From contig CANGUP010000001.1 of the NCBI GenBank assembly GCA_947457105.1, positions 3,878 through 67,877 on the forward strand: a stretch of 64,000 nucleotides of DNA, given 5' to 3'. Of this stretch, positions 40,301-48,873 are shown piece by piece (positions within the stretch are counted from its first letter, which is position 1; the number at the start of each line of letters is the position of its first letter). Below the pieces are notes generated by a model. It had not been told where the DNA came from, did not search any database, and worked only from the letters and a program-made list of their open reading frames with translations. Position numbers and translations under genes: made by a program. The DNA comes from Flavobacteriaceae bacterium. GTDB taxonomy: Bacteria; Bacteroidota; Bacteroidia; Flavobacteriales; Flavobacteriaceae.

Positions 40301-40669
40301 GAAACGTCTTGCAGTTTCTTTTACAACTGCAAAAGCTTCTGGAAGAATTTCCATTAATACTTTTTCTGAAATTTCGTAAGCTTCTTTTTCTAGAGCATCA
40401 ATAGCATTATAGATATCTTCTCTTAGATCGATGTCTGATGTATTTTCAGCATCTGCTTTTTTTGCAGCAATTTCAGCATCTTGTTTTGCACGAGCTAACT
40501 TAATTTTTTCTTTGAATTCGCCAGTTTTTGCTCTTAATTCATCGTGAGATAAAGCCATTAATGCTGGTTCAAGTGCTTTAATTTTAGCAATATAAGGTTG
40601 TGTAGCTTTTACATCTTTTTCAGATTTATCACCTACGAAAATTTTAAGTATATTATTAATGAAACTCAT
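37319..40669 (-). CDS. secA: preprotein translocase ATPase SecA
   Basis: 1116 aa. [36 protein letters not shown] and [10 protein letters not shown] motifs. Confidence 0.97.
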   Translation of the reverse strand: [1116 protein letters not shown]

Positions 40670-40775
40670 AATGGGTTTGTATTTATTTTTTTATTATCCC
40701 TAATTTGGGTGTGCAAATTTAAACAAAAAAAAAGCCCCAAAGGAGACTTTTTTCTGTTGTGTTAGTTTATTTTTT

Positions 40776-40997
40776 TTAATATTCATCCTCGTTCCAAAGA
40801 TAATCTTCGTCAGTTGGATAATCTGGCCAAATTTCTTCCATTGATTCATATATTTCGCCTTCATCTTCAATAGACTGAAGGTTTTCAACTACCTCAAGTG
40901 GAGCTCCAGCTCTAATTGCGTAGTCTATAAGTTCATCTTTGGTTGCAGGCCACGGTGCATCACTTAAATAAGATGCTAATTCTAATGTCCAATACAT
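40776..40997 (-). CDS. DUF2795 domain-containing protein
   Basis: 73 aa. LSDAPWPATKDELIDYAIRAGAP matches the family as recalled. Confidence 0.75.
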   Translation of the reverse strand: MYWTLELASYLSDAPWPATKDELIDYAIRAGAPLEVVENLQSIEDEGEIYESMEEIWPDYPTDEDYLWNEDEY

Positions 40998-41021
40998 CTG
41001 CTTTCGATTTTATAATTTATG

Positions 41022-41051
41022 CAAAAATAAATTTTTAACTGAAATAGTCAA
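41022..41051 (-). promoter_or_regulatory. candidate promoter TTG-N19-TATTTTTG for the DUF2795 gene
   Basis: On the minus strand, TATTTTTG lies at 41029-41022 and TTG at 41051-41049. The -7 box is 24 nt upstream of the ATG. Confidence 0.5.
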
Positions 41052-41192
41052 GTAAAAATTGATTTATTTTATAATTAAAGTTAAGAACGTGCTTTTTTAA
41101 ATTCCAATTTTTAAATTCCAAATCCCAAAACCCTTGATTTTATTAATAAATTTTTGAATTTTTATTTTTTATTTTTGGATTTTTAGGAAATA

Positions 41193-41762
41193 CTATTTTC
41201 TTGGTATCCACTGAACTTCGTCAGCTTTTAGGTCAAAGGACAACTTTCGTGCCAAGACAAAAAGATAGTCAGAAAGTCGGTTTAGGTATTTAATTACTAG
41301 TTCATCTGTTGGCTCGATGTCATTTAAATGTACTGATAAACGTTCGGCACGACGGCATACACAGCGTGCTATATGACAATATGACACCGTTGTATGACCA
41401 CCTGGAAGCACAAAATGTGTCATTTGTGGTAAACTATCTTCCATTGCATCAATTTCTTTTTCTAGATACTCAATATCAGATTCTAAAATCCCTAAATTTT
41501 GTAAACGTTTTTCACCATTTTTTAGTGTTTCTTTTTCCGGTGGTGTTGCTAATATTGCTCCAACAGTAAAAAGGCGGTCTTGAACTTCAATTAAAACGTC
41601 TTTGTAGTGTGAATTTATTTCTTGGTCGCGAATTAATCCAATATGCGAGTTTAATTCGTCAACAGTTCCATAACTTTCAATTCTAATGTGGTGTTTTGGA
41701 ACTCTAGTTCCGCCAAAAAGAGCAGTTGTACCGGTGTCGCCAGTTTTTGTATATACTTTCAT
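41193..41762 (-). CDS. ATP:cob(I)alamin adenosyltransferase (PduO type)
   Basis: 189 aa. N-terminus MKVYTKTGDTGTTALFGG and conserved core VLPGGH...CHIARCVCRRAER. Confidence 0.9.
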   Translation of the reverse strand: MKVYTKTGDTGTTALFGGTRVPKHHIRIESYGTVDELNSHIGLIRDQEINSHYKDVLIEVQDRLFTVGAILATPPEKETLKNGEKRLQNLGILESDIEYLEKEIDAMEDSLPQMTHFVLPGGHTTVSYCHIARCVCRRAERLSVHLNDIEPTDELVIKYLNRLSDYLFVLARKLSFDLKADEVQWIPRK

Positions 41763-41771
41763 TGTTAAGTG

Positions 41772-41799
41772 ATTAGTGAAAAGTAATTAGTAATTAGTT
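41772..41799. repeat. heptamer tandem repeat (A)TTAGTN x4 just upstream of the pduO-type gene
   Basis: TTAGT, AAAGT, TTAGT and TTAGT start at 41773, 41780, 41787 and 41794 (period 7). Confidence 0.55.
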
Positions 41800-41840
41800 T
41801 TTCAAAGATAACAAAAATTAATATGGATTGCCAATTAGCT

Positions 41841-41930
41841 CCGATGGGAATGGCGTTTCATCTTTTGGGACGTGACAGAATGGACAGCAGGAATAAGGAT
41901 TACAGATAAATCCCTAACGATTGCTTCGCC
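41841..41930. repeat. mosaic intergenic element, copy B
   Basis: The sequence is CCGATGGGAAT...GACAGCAGGAATAAGGATTACAGATAAATCCC...CGATTGCTTCGCC. It aligns with copy A in the same orientation and with the reverse complement of copy C. Confidence 0.6.
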
Positions 41931-41980
41931 AATCGCTATAGCTCGTGTCGCTCCTAATCAATTAAAACTAAAAGAAAGAT

Positions 41981-42679
41981 TTATAAATGACCTTCGTTTA
42001 ATTTATCACTTTCAATAATTCCGTCACGCAATCGGATGATTCTGTGAGCATATTTGGCAATGTCTTCTTCATGAGTTACAAGAATTACAGTGTTTCCTGA
42101 TGCGTGAATGTCTCCAAAAAGTTTCATGATTTCTACCGATGTTTTACTATCAAGGTTTCCTGTTGGCTCATCGGCAAGAATGATTGAAGGTTTGTTAACC
42201 AATGCTCTTGCGACAGCAACACGCTGGCGTTGACCACCAGAAAGTTGATTAGGTTGGTGGTCCATTCTATCGTCTAATCCAACTTGAGTAAGTACTTCGG
42301 TAGCTCTTTTATTTCTTTCAGATTTTGGATAACCTGCATAAATCATTGGTAAAGCAACGTTATCTAAAGCGGTTGTTCTTGGCAAAAGATTAAAAGTTTG
42401 AAAAACAAAACCAATTTCTTTGTTACGAACTTCTGCCAAATCATCATCGTGCATTTGAGAAACATCTTTTCCGTTAAGAATGTAGGTTCCAGAGGTTGGT
42501 GTGTCTAAACATCCTAAAATATTCATTAAGGTTGATTTTCCAGAGCCAGAAGGTCCCATTAAAGCAACATATTCACCTTTATTGATTTGCAAATCAATTC
42601 CTTTTAATACATAAATAGTTTCGTTTCCGAGGATGAAATCTCTTTTGATGTCTGAGATTTTTATTAGAGTGTTTGACAT
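41981..42679 (-). CDS. ABC transporter ATP-binding protein (MacB/LolD-type ATPase)
   Basis: 232 aa. Walker [18 protein letters not shown], Walker [12 protein letters not shown]. Confidence 0.9.
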   Translation of the reverse strand: MSNTLIKISDIKRDFILGNETIYVLKGIDLQINKGEYVALMGPSGSGKSTLMNILGCLDTPTSGTYILNGKDVSQMHDDDLAEVRNKEIGFVFQTFNLLPRTTALDNVALPMIYAGYPKSERNKRATEVLTQVGLDDRMDHQPNQLSGGQRQRVAVARALVNKPSIILADEPTGNLDSKTSVEIMKLFGDIHASGNTVILVTHEEDIAKYAHRIIRLRDGIIESDKLNEGHL

Positions 42680-42836
42680 GATAATTTGGACTAATAAATG
42701 ATTAGTAGTTTAAAACTCTATAAAGTTACAAATTCAAAACTAAAAAATGATATTTATATAAGTTTAACATTTAATTATATAACATTACTAATGGATGTTG
42801 GATGTAGTTTTACATAAATATTTAAACTTATAAATT

Positions 42837-43514
42837 ATGAAAAAAAGTATGTTAAAATTTGGAATTCTTTCGATGGTTCTAATGGGAATGGTTTCTTGTC
42901 AAAATAAAGAAAAAGAGGCTGCTGATAAAAGAATTAGTGAACTTGAAAGCTATGTAGATTCATTGAAAATGGCTGACACAGATGAAATGATGGCAAATTG
43001 GGATCAAATTGCTACTGATTTTGATAGAAAAAGTGCTTATGCAAATGAATCTTTAGTTGCACTTGATGAAGCTACAAAAACTGCATCTCAAGAAAAAATT
43101 AATATAACTGTTGCAAAATATGATGAGTTGAAGTTAAGTATGGAAACTAAAAAAGCAGCAATAATTTCGGATATTCCAAATCTAAGTCAGCTTTTAAGAG
43201 ATAGACTTTTTGGTGCTAGAAAAATTGGTAACGATATGAGTTTTGCATGGGTAAATAAAGATAATATTTTGAAAACATATGAAACTTTTTTCCAATCTTA
43301 TAAAGACAACAAAGAAGATTTTTCAAGAGAAGATTATGACGAAATTAAACTAATGTATGAAGCATTAGACAGCAGAAAAAATACCGTTGAAAAAGAAGGA
43401 TTAACATCTGATGATAATAACTCAATAGCTTCAATAAAATTGAAATTTGGACCAATGTTTAAATTAAACAGAATGGGTGCAAAAAGCAGAGAAACTGCAG
43501 AGGCTAAAGAATAA
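42837..43514 (+). CDS. hypothetical lipoprotein
   Basis: 225 aa. Lipobox MGMVSCQN. Predicted helical, no family recognised. Confidence 0.6.
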   Translation: MKKSMLKFGILSMVLMGMVSCQNKEKEAADKRISELESYVDSLKMADTDEMMANWDQIATDFDRKSAYANESLVALDEATKTASQEKINITVAKYDELKLSMETKKAAIISDIPNLSQLLRDRLFGARKIGNDMSFAWVNKDNILKTYETFFQSYKDNKEDFSREDYDEIKLMYEALDSRKNTVEKEGLTSDDNNSIASIKLKFGPMFKLNRMGAKSRETAEAKE

Positions 43515-43543
43515 TTGGTTAAAGCATAAATATTAATTCAGGG

Positions 43544-43575
43544 AAATGACAATCAGTGATGGTTGTCATTTTTTT
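43544..43575. terminator. bidirectional terminator between convergent genes
   Basis: AAATGACAA (43544-43552) pairs with TTGTCATTT (43563-43571), followed by a T-run to 43575. Confidence 0.75.
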
Positions 43576-44353
43576 ATGTTCTAATGACAAAATGCTCTTT
43601 TTCTTGTTCGGTTCTAAAAAAGACAATTCCCCATTGAAAGGTGTCGATAGTTACTTTAACTTTTGGATGATTTTTTATAATTTCCCAAGCTTCTTCCATG
43701 TCTTTACTCCAATGAATATCGTCAAAAATCCAAACAGAATCATTTGTTATTGAAGGAAGCAAAAGTTCAAAATATTCTAAAGTTGCTTTTTTTGAGTGAT
43801 TGCCATCGAAGTAAATGAGGTTATGGGTTGTAGGTTTTAGGTTGTAGGTTTTTAGATAGTCTTCAAATTTTGTATTTATACATTCAACATTATTGATATT
43901 GAATTTATGTAATTGCAATTGACATTGATTAATTGTATTGGGACAACCTTCTAAAGTAATGACTTTGGCATTTTTACTTCCTAAAGATAGAGCCGAAGTC
44001 GCTAATCCTAAAGAAGTTCCAATTTCAAGAATACTTTCTGGTTGAAAATAATTTACAATTCTAAATAAAAGTTCCGCTCTTTTTGGAGAAATTCCAGCGT
44101 TTTTTGCAATTTGGTTTATGGCTCGAGTATTGCTTTTAAAAACTCTTGAACCAGCACCAAAATCAGTGATTTCGATACTTGTTTTGTTGTTTAAAAGAAA
44201 TTTACGGTACTCATTTAAAGATTGATATTCAGGATAACTCTTCTTATCATAAAAACATTTGGTAACCAAATCAAATACAAATGGAGAATGCACTCCATGT
44301 TCATTTTTGGAGTTCCAAAGAAAATTCAGATATGATTTTATAATTTGTAACAT
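43574..44353 (-). CDS. class I SAM-dependent methyltransferase
   Basis: 259 aa. SAM-binding motif ILEIGTSLG and IYFDGNHSK. Confidence 0.8.
   Translation of the reverse strand: MLQIIKSYLNFLWNSKNEHGVHSPFVFDLVTKCFYDKKSYPEYQSLNEYRKFLLNNKTSIEITDFGAGSRVFKSNTRAINQIAKNAGISPKRAELLFRIVNYFQPESILEIGTSLGLATSALSLGSKNAKVITLEGCPNTINQCQLQLHKFNINNVECINTKFEDYLKTYNLKPTTHNLIYFDGNHSKKATLEYFELLLPSITNDSVWIFDDIHWSKDMEEAWEIIKNHPKVKVTIDTFQWGIVFFRTEQEKEHFVIRT
43817..43851. repeat. heptamer array TAGGTTK (minus-strand MAACCTA) embedded in the methyltransferase CDS
   Basis: GAGGTTA, TGGGTTG, TAGGTTT, TAGGTTG and TAGGTTT with period 7. They encode LKTYNLKPTTHNL. Confidence 0.6.
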
Positions 44354-44355
44354 TA

Positions 44356-44427
44356 TTAGTGATTAGTAAATAGTGACTAGTAATTAGTCCGCTATTCACT
44401 AATTACTATTCACTAATTACTATTTAT
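44356..44427. repeat. inverted heptamer arrays (TTAGTRA x5 / ACTAWTY x4) forming a ~30-bp imperfect hairpin
   Basis: AGTAATTAGT (44379-44388) pairs with ACTAATTACT (44398-44407). Outward pairing continues to about 44359/44427 with 3 mismatches. The element fills the ABC-F stop to methyltransferase start spacer. Confidence 0.65.
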
Positions 44428-46283
44428 TATTCCATTTTTGAACTCAACTCAAACCAACGTTCTTCTTTCTGCTCCATAGTTTGAATTATTTTCTGCAATT
44501 CATTTGCTTTCGCTTCTATTTCATTATCGACTACTTTTCCGTCAGAGAATAGTTGCTCGATTTGTTTTTTCTGGTATTCTAAATCTTTGATTTCTTTTTC
44601 AATTTTATTGAACTCTTTTTGTTCGTTAAAATCTAATCCAGAAGAAATAGTTTTAGTTTTCCAATTATTCTTTTCCTTATTATCGTCTTTATTTGATGGT
44701 TCAGCCGAATCTTCATAAGCTCTGAAATCAGAATAATTTCCTGGAAAGTTTTCTACAATTCCGTCACCTCTAAAAACGAATAAATCATCTACAATCTTAT
44801 CCATAAAATACCTATCGTGCGAAACCACAAGCAAGCAACCTGGAAAATCAAACAAGAAACTTTCCAATACATTTAATGTTACGATATCTAAGTCATTCGT
44901 TGGCTCATCCAAAATTAAGAAATTCGGATTCTGAATTAATACTGTACATAAATACAATCTTTTTAATTCGCCACCAGAAAGTTTTTCTACAAAATCATAT
45001 TGTTTTTTGCTGTCAAATAAAAATCGCTCCAACAATTGACTTGCCGAAATCAATTTTCCTTTCATCAACGGAATATATTCTCCGTATTCCTTAATAATAT
45101 CAATTACGCGTTGTCCTGGTTTTGGATTGATTCCACTTTGCGTGTAATAGCCAATTTTAATTGTATCACCAGTAATCACTTTCCCAGAATCGGTCGGGAT
45201 GGTTTGTGTCAATAAGTTCAAAAAAGTCGATTTTCCAGTTCCGTTTTTACCAATAATTCCGATTCTTGCACCACGTTGAAAATCGAAACTAAAATTCTCT
45301 AAAATCTTTTTATCGCCAAACTTTTTTGAAATTTTATGCAACTCAATAATCTTGCTGCCAAGGCGTTCCATGTTGATTTCTAGTTCAATTTTATTTTCTT
45401 TTCGGCGACTTTCTGCCTTTTCTTTAATCACATAAAAGTCATCTTGACGCGATTTCGATTTGGTAGTTCGCGCTTTTGGTTGTCTTCGCATCCAAGCCAA
45501 TTCTTTTACAAAAAGGTTTTGCGCCTTATCAATAGATGCGTTTTCAGATGCTAAACGTTCTTCTTTTTTCTCTAAATAATAAGAGTAATTTCCTTTGTAA
45601 CTGTATAATTTTCCGTTATCCAATTCTATGATTTCATTGCAAACACGTTCCAAAAAGAAACGGTCGTGCGTAACCATAAATAACGTAATATTTTCTTTAG
45701 CAAAATAACTTTCCAACCATTCAATCATTTCTAAATCCAAGTGATTGGTTGGCTCGTCTAATATTAATAAATCAGGTTTGTTGATAAGAATAATAGCCAA
45801 CGATAGACGTTTTTTCTGTCCTCCAGACATGTTTTTTACTTTCAATTTGAAATCTTCCAACTTCAATTTGAACAAAATTTGTTTGAATTGCGTTTCAAAA
45901 TCCCAAGCATTAAAACGATCCATATCGTCAAAAGCTTTTTCGTAAGCTTCAGTATCATCTGGGTTTTCTAATGCTTTTTCATACCGTTCAATAACGTGTA
46001 GAATTTCATTGTCTGACGCAAAAATACTTTCCTCAACGGTCAACTCGTCTTGCAATTGAGGAACTTGTGATAGAAAAGCCATTTTTATTTCTTTTCTAAT
46101 CACTACTTGCCCAGAATCTGGCTCGTCTTCACCATTAATAATTTTCATAATGCACGTTTTGCCCGAACCATTTTTGGCAATAAAAGCAATTTTTTGGTCT
46201 TTATTAATTCCAAACGAAATGTCTTTGAACAAAGTGCGTTCTCCAAAAGATTTCGAAATATTTTCTACAGAAAGGTAATTCAC
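44427..46283 (-). CDS. ABC-F family ATPase (translation-factor-type, two ABC cassettes)
   Basis: Two cassettes (signatures LSGGQKKR and LSGGELKR) with a C-terminal coiled coil. I prefer the GTG start at 46283 (VNYLSVENISKSFG). Confidence 0.9.
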   Translation of the reverse strand: MNYLSVENISKSFGERTLFKDISFGINKDQKIAFIAKNGSGKTCIMKIINGEDEPDSGQVVIRKEIKMAFLSQVPQLQDELTVEESIFASDNEILHVIERYEKALENPDDTEAYEKAFDDMDRFNAWDFETQFKQILFKLKLEDFKLKVKNMSGGQKKRLSLAIILINKPDLLILDEPTNHLDLEMIEWLESYFAKENITLFMVTHDRFFLERVCNEIIELDNGKLYSYKGNYSYYLEKKEERLASENASIDKAQNLFVKELAWMRRQPKARTTKSKSRQDDFYVIKEKAESRRKENKIELEINMERLGSKIIELHKISKKFGDKKILENFSFDFQRGARIGIIGKNGTGKSTFLNLLTQTIPTDSGKVITGDTIKIGYYTQSGINPKPGQRVIDIIKEYGEYIPLMKGKLISASQLLERFLFDSKKQYDFVEKLSGGELKRLYLCTVLIQNPNFLILDEPTNDLDIVTLNVLESFLFDFPGCLLVVSHDRYFMDKIVDDLFVFRGDGIVENFPGNYSDFRAYEDSAEPSNKDDNKEKNNWKTKTISSGLDFNEQKEFNKIEKEIKDLEYQKKQIEQLFSDGKVVDNEIEAKANELQKIIQTMEQKEERWFELSSKME

Positions 46284-46285
46284 AG

Positions 46286-46318
46286 TTGTAATTTTTTTGC
46301 AAAAGTAGATTATATTTG
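46286..46318 (+). promoter_or_regulatory. candidate promoter TTG-N22-TATATTTG for the glycosyltransferase gene (predicts a near-leaderless mRNA)
   Basis: TTG at 46286-46288 and TATATTTG at 46311-46318. The ATG is at 46323. Confidence 0.45.
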
Positions 46319-46328
46319 TCAAATGCAA
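46300..46328 (-). promoter_or_regulatory. candidate promoter TTG-N18-TACTTTTG for the ABC-F gene
   Basis: On the minus strand, TACTTTTG lies at 46307-46300 and TTG at 46328-46326. It overlaps the divergent promoter. Confidence 0.45.
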
Positions 46329-47465
46329 CTATCGGTTATCATCCTAAATTATAATGTGCGCTTTTTTTTAGAGCAATGCGTTTTAAGTGTTCAAAAAGCA
46401 CTTGAAAACATTGATGGCGAAATCATTGTAATTGACAACAAATCTTCTGACGATAGTTGCGCGATGATGAAAGAACTGTTTCCTAACGTGAAACTTATTC
46501 AAAATAAAGAAAATCTAGGCTTTCCAAAAGGAAATAACATTGGAGTTGCACAAGCCAAAGGCGACTATATTTGTATTTTAAATCCAGACACGGTTGTTGC
46601 AGAAGATACATTTGTAAAAATTCTAAATTTTGTCACAATGAGAGCAGTCGAAGTGCCAAATTCTGAAATTGGAATAGTAGGATGTAAACTTATCGACGGA
46701 ACTGGAAATTTTCTTCCAGAATCTAAACGCGGAGTTCCAACACCTTGGGTTGCTTTCACTAAAATCTTCGGATTATATAAAATCTCAAATGTTTTTGGCA
46801 AATATTATGCACAATATTTAACCGAAAATCAATCTGGAAAAGTTGATATTTTGGTTGGTGCTTTTATGGTGATAAAACGCGAATTGTATAATGAAATAAG
46901 AGGTTTTGATGAAAATTGTTTCATGTATTCTGACGATATTGATTTGAGTTATATGGCTTTGAAAAAAGGAAAATCAAATTATTATTTTCATGAAACAACT
47001 GTAATTCATTATAAAGGTGAAAGCACTATTCGAGATGAAAAGTATATGAAGCGCTTTCAAGAAGCTATGAATTTCTTTTATTCTAAACATTTTAAGAAAT
47101 CTGATGTATTCGATTTTTTTATGAAAATAGGTGTTTTTGTTTTTTCGTTTATTAAGAAAAATCAATCTAAAGAAATAAAAAGAACGATTGATGAATATAT
47201 AATTTTTTCTAAAAATTCATTACAATTGGATTTGAACAAAAAAGAAACAATTTTAAATGATTTTTCAGAATTCAAAAACAATGTAGATTTGAATATTGAA
47301 ATCATTTTTGATACAAAATCATTTAATTATAAGGAAATTATAGATTTTATGAATTCAAATAAAAGTAAGAATTTAACATTTAAGAATTATATTTCTAATT
47401 CTAATTACCTTATCGGAAGCAATAATTCAATTGATAGAGGAGAAATCATAACATTAAAAAATTAG
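46323..47465 (+). CDS. family 2 glycosyltransferase
   Basis: 380 aa from MQLSVIILNYNVRFFLEQC. DNKSSDDS and NPD (DxD-like) motifs. The upstream part of the track ORF is antisense to the ABC-F gene. Confidence 0.88.
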   Translation: MQLSVIILNYNVRFFLEQCVLSVQKALENIDGEIIVIDNKSSDDSCAMMKELFPNVKLIQNKENLGFPKGNNIGVAQAKGDYICILNPDTVVAEDTFVKILNFVTMRAVEVPNSEIGIVGCKLIDGTGNFLPESKRGVPTPWVAFTKIFGLYKISNVFGKYYAQYLTENQSGKVDILVGAFMVIKRELYNEIRGFDENCFMYSDDIDLSYMALKKGKSNYYFHETTVIHYKGESTIRDEKYMKRFQEAMNFFYSKHFKKSDVFDFFMKIGVFVFSFIKKNQSKEIKRTIDEYIIFSKNSLQLDLNKKETILNDFSEFKNNVDLNIEIIFDTKSFNYKEIIDFMNSNKSKNLTFKNYISNSNYLIGSNNSIDRGEIITLKN

Positions 47466-47541
47466 TGTATTCTTTACAAAATGAAGATAAAATTACTAAT
47501 TTTGCAATCATTATAAAAAAACACAACTTTAGTTTAAAGAT

Positions 47542-48849
47542 ATGGCAAAGTTTGAATTGAAATTACCTAAAATGGGTGAAAGCGTTGCAGAAGCAACAAT
47601 TACCAATTGGTTAAAAAACGTTGGAGATACCATCGCAATGGACGAAGCAGTTCTTGAAATTGCTACCGATAAAGTGGATAGCGAAGTACCAAGTGAAGTT
47701 TCAGGTGTTTTAGTAGAACAGCTTTTTGGTAAAGATGAAGTGGTAAAAGTGGGTCAAACTATTGCAATTATTGAAACAGAAGGCGGAAGCGTAGAAGCAC
47801 CTAAAACTGCTGAAGTTGCTGCTCCAATTGTTGCTGAAGTTGCTAAAATTGTTGAAGTTGCCAAAGAGACTGTTGCTCCTGCGGATTTTTCAGGAAGTGA
47901 TAAATTCTTTTCACCATTAGTAAAAAACATTGCTAAAGAAGAAGGAGTTTCTATTGCTGAATTAGAAAGTATTTCAGGTTCAGGAAAAGATGGTCGTGTT
48001 ACTAAAGAAGATATATTAAATTTTGTAAAAAATAGAACAAGTCAGCCAGTTTTAGTAGAAACTGTTACTCCAGTTGCACAACCTATAAAACAACCTGTTC
48101 AATCTACAACAACTTCTGCTGTTCCAGTTTCTGTAAATGGTGGTGATGAAATTGTAGAAATGGACAGAATGCGTAAATTGATTTCAGGCTACATGGTTGC
48201 TTCGGTGCAAACATCTGCTCACGTACAATCGTTTATTGAAGTTGATGTTACTAATATTGTAAAATGGAGAGATAAAGTAAAAGGCGCTTTCGAAAAACGA
48301 GAAGGTGAGAAATTGACTTTCACTCCAATTATGATGGAAGCTGTTGCAAAAGCTTTAAAAGATTTTCCTGGAATGAATATTTCTGTTGATGGTGATTACA
48401 TCATTAAAAAGAAAAACATCAATTTAGGAATGGCTGCAGCTTTACCGAACGGAAATCTTATCGTTCCAGTAATTAAAAATGCGGATCAATTAAACCTTGT
48501 CGGAATGGCAAAAGCCGTAAACGATTTAGGAAATAGAGCTAAAGCTGGAAAATTAAAACCAGACGATACTCAAGGCGGAACATATACTGTGACAAATGTA
48601 GGAACTTTTGGTTCGGTATTTGGAACACCTATTATTAATCAACCACAAGTTGGAATTCTTGCACTTGGTGCTATCAGAAAAGTTCCAGCAGTAATTGAAA
48701 CCCCAGAAGGTGATTTCATCGGAATTCGTCAGAAAATGTTCTTATCACATTCTTATGACCACAGAGTGGTAGATGGTGCACTTGGTGGAAGTTTTGTAAA
48801 ACGAGTTGCTGAGTATCTTGAAGCATTTGATGTAAATAGAGAATACTAA
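47542..48849 (+). CDS. 2-oxoacid dehydrogenase E2 component (dihydrolipoamide acyltransferase)
   Basis: 435 aa. Lipoyl site EIATDKVDSEV, a subunit-binding domain, and catalytic motif SHSYDHRVVDGA. Confidence 0.92.
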   Translation: MAKFELKLPKMGESVAEATITNWLKNVGDTIAMDEAVLEIATDKVDSEVPSEVSGVLVEQLFGKDEVVKVGQTIAIIETEGGSVEAPKTAEVAAPIVAEVAKIVEVAKETVAPADFSGSDKFFSPLVKNIAKEEGVSIAELESISGSGKDGRVTKEDILNFVKNRTSQPVLVETVTPVAQPIKQPVQSTTTSAVPVSVNGGDEIVEMDRMRKLISGYMVASVQTSAHVQSFIEVDVTNIVKWRDKVKGAFEKREGEKLTFTPIMMEAVAKALKDFPGMNISVDGDYIIKKKNINLGMAAALPNGNLIVPVIKNADQLNLVGMAKAVNDLGNRAKAGKLKPDDTQGGTYTVTNVGTFGSVFGTPIINQPQVGILALGAIRKVPAVIETPEGDFIGIRQKMFLSHSYDHRVVDGALGGSFVKRVAEYLEAFDVNREY

Positions 48850-48873
48850 AATAAAAATTAAACACAATAAATC

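Noticed and set aside
40700-40888. The 62-aa ORF overlapping the 3' half of the DUF2795 gene in another frame.
   Set aside because: The alternative frame (40776..40997) encodes the recognisable DUF2795 motif. The 40700 ORF extends into the terminator/promoter spacer of secA.
41841-41930. Possible cobalamin riboswitch upstream of the PduO-type adenosyltransferase, with a similar element upstream of methylmalonyl-CoA mutase at 20959-21013. Read in mRNA sense, copy B contains AGGGA..GTAATCC..GCTGTCC..CTGT, which is reminiscent of the B12 riboswitch core.
   Set aside because: I found no recognisable B12 box (AGYCMGGAGACCKGCC-like). The expected P-stems do not pair convincingly. The conserved GCCACTG and GGGAAGGC elements are missing. 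A third copy sits in front of cinA, which has no B12 link. A cmsearch with RF00174 would settle it; a hit above the gathering threshold would overturn this rejection.
46107-46322. A long N-terminal extension of the glycosyltransferase ORF, and the corresponding ATG-initiated extension of the ABC-F ORF to 46328.
   Set aside because: The extension is antisense to the conserved first ABC cassette. The GT2 family N-terminus (MQLSVIILNYN) starts at 46323. The ABC-F family N-terminus (NYLSVENISKSFG) fits the GTG at 46283.
47809-47874. A 21-24-nt tandem repeat in the E2 acyltransferase gene (GCTGAAGTTGCT...ATTGTT x3, encoding AEVAAPIV/AEVAKIV/EVAKETV).
   Set aside because: It lies in the flexible inter-domain linker, where repetitive Ala/Val/Pro/Glu-rich sequence is normal for E2 components.
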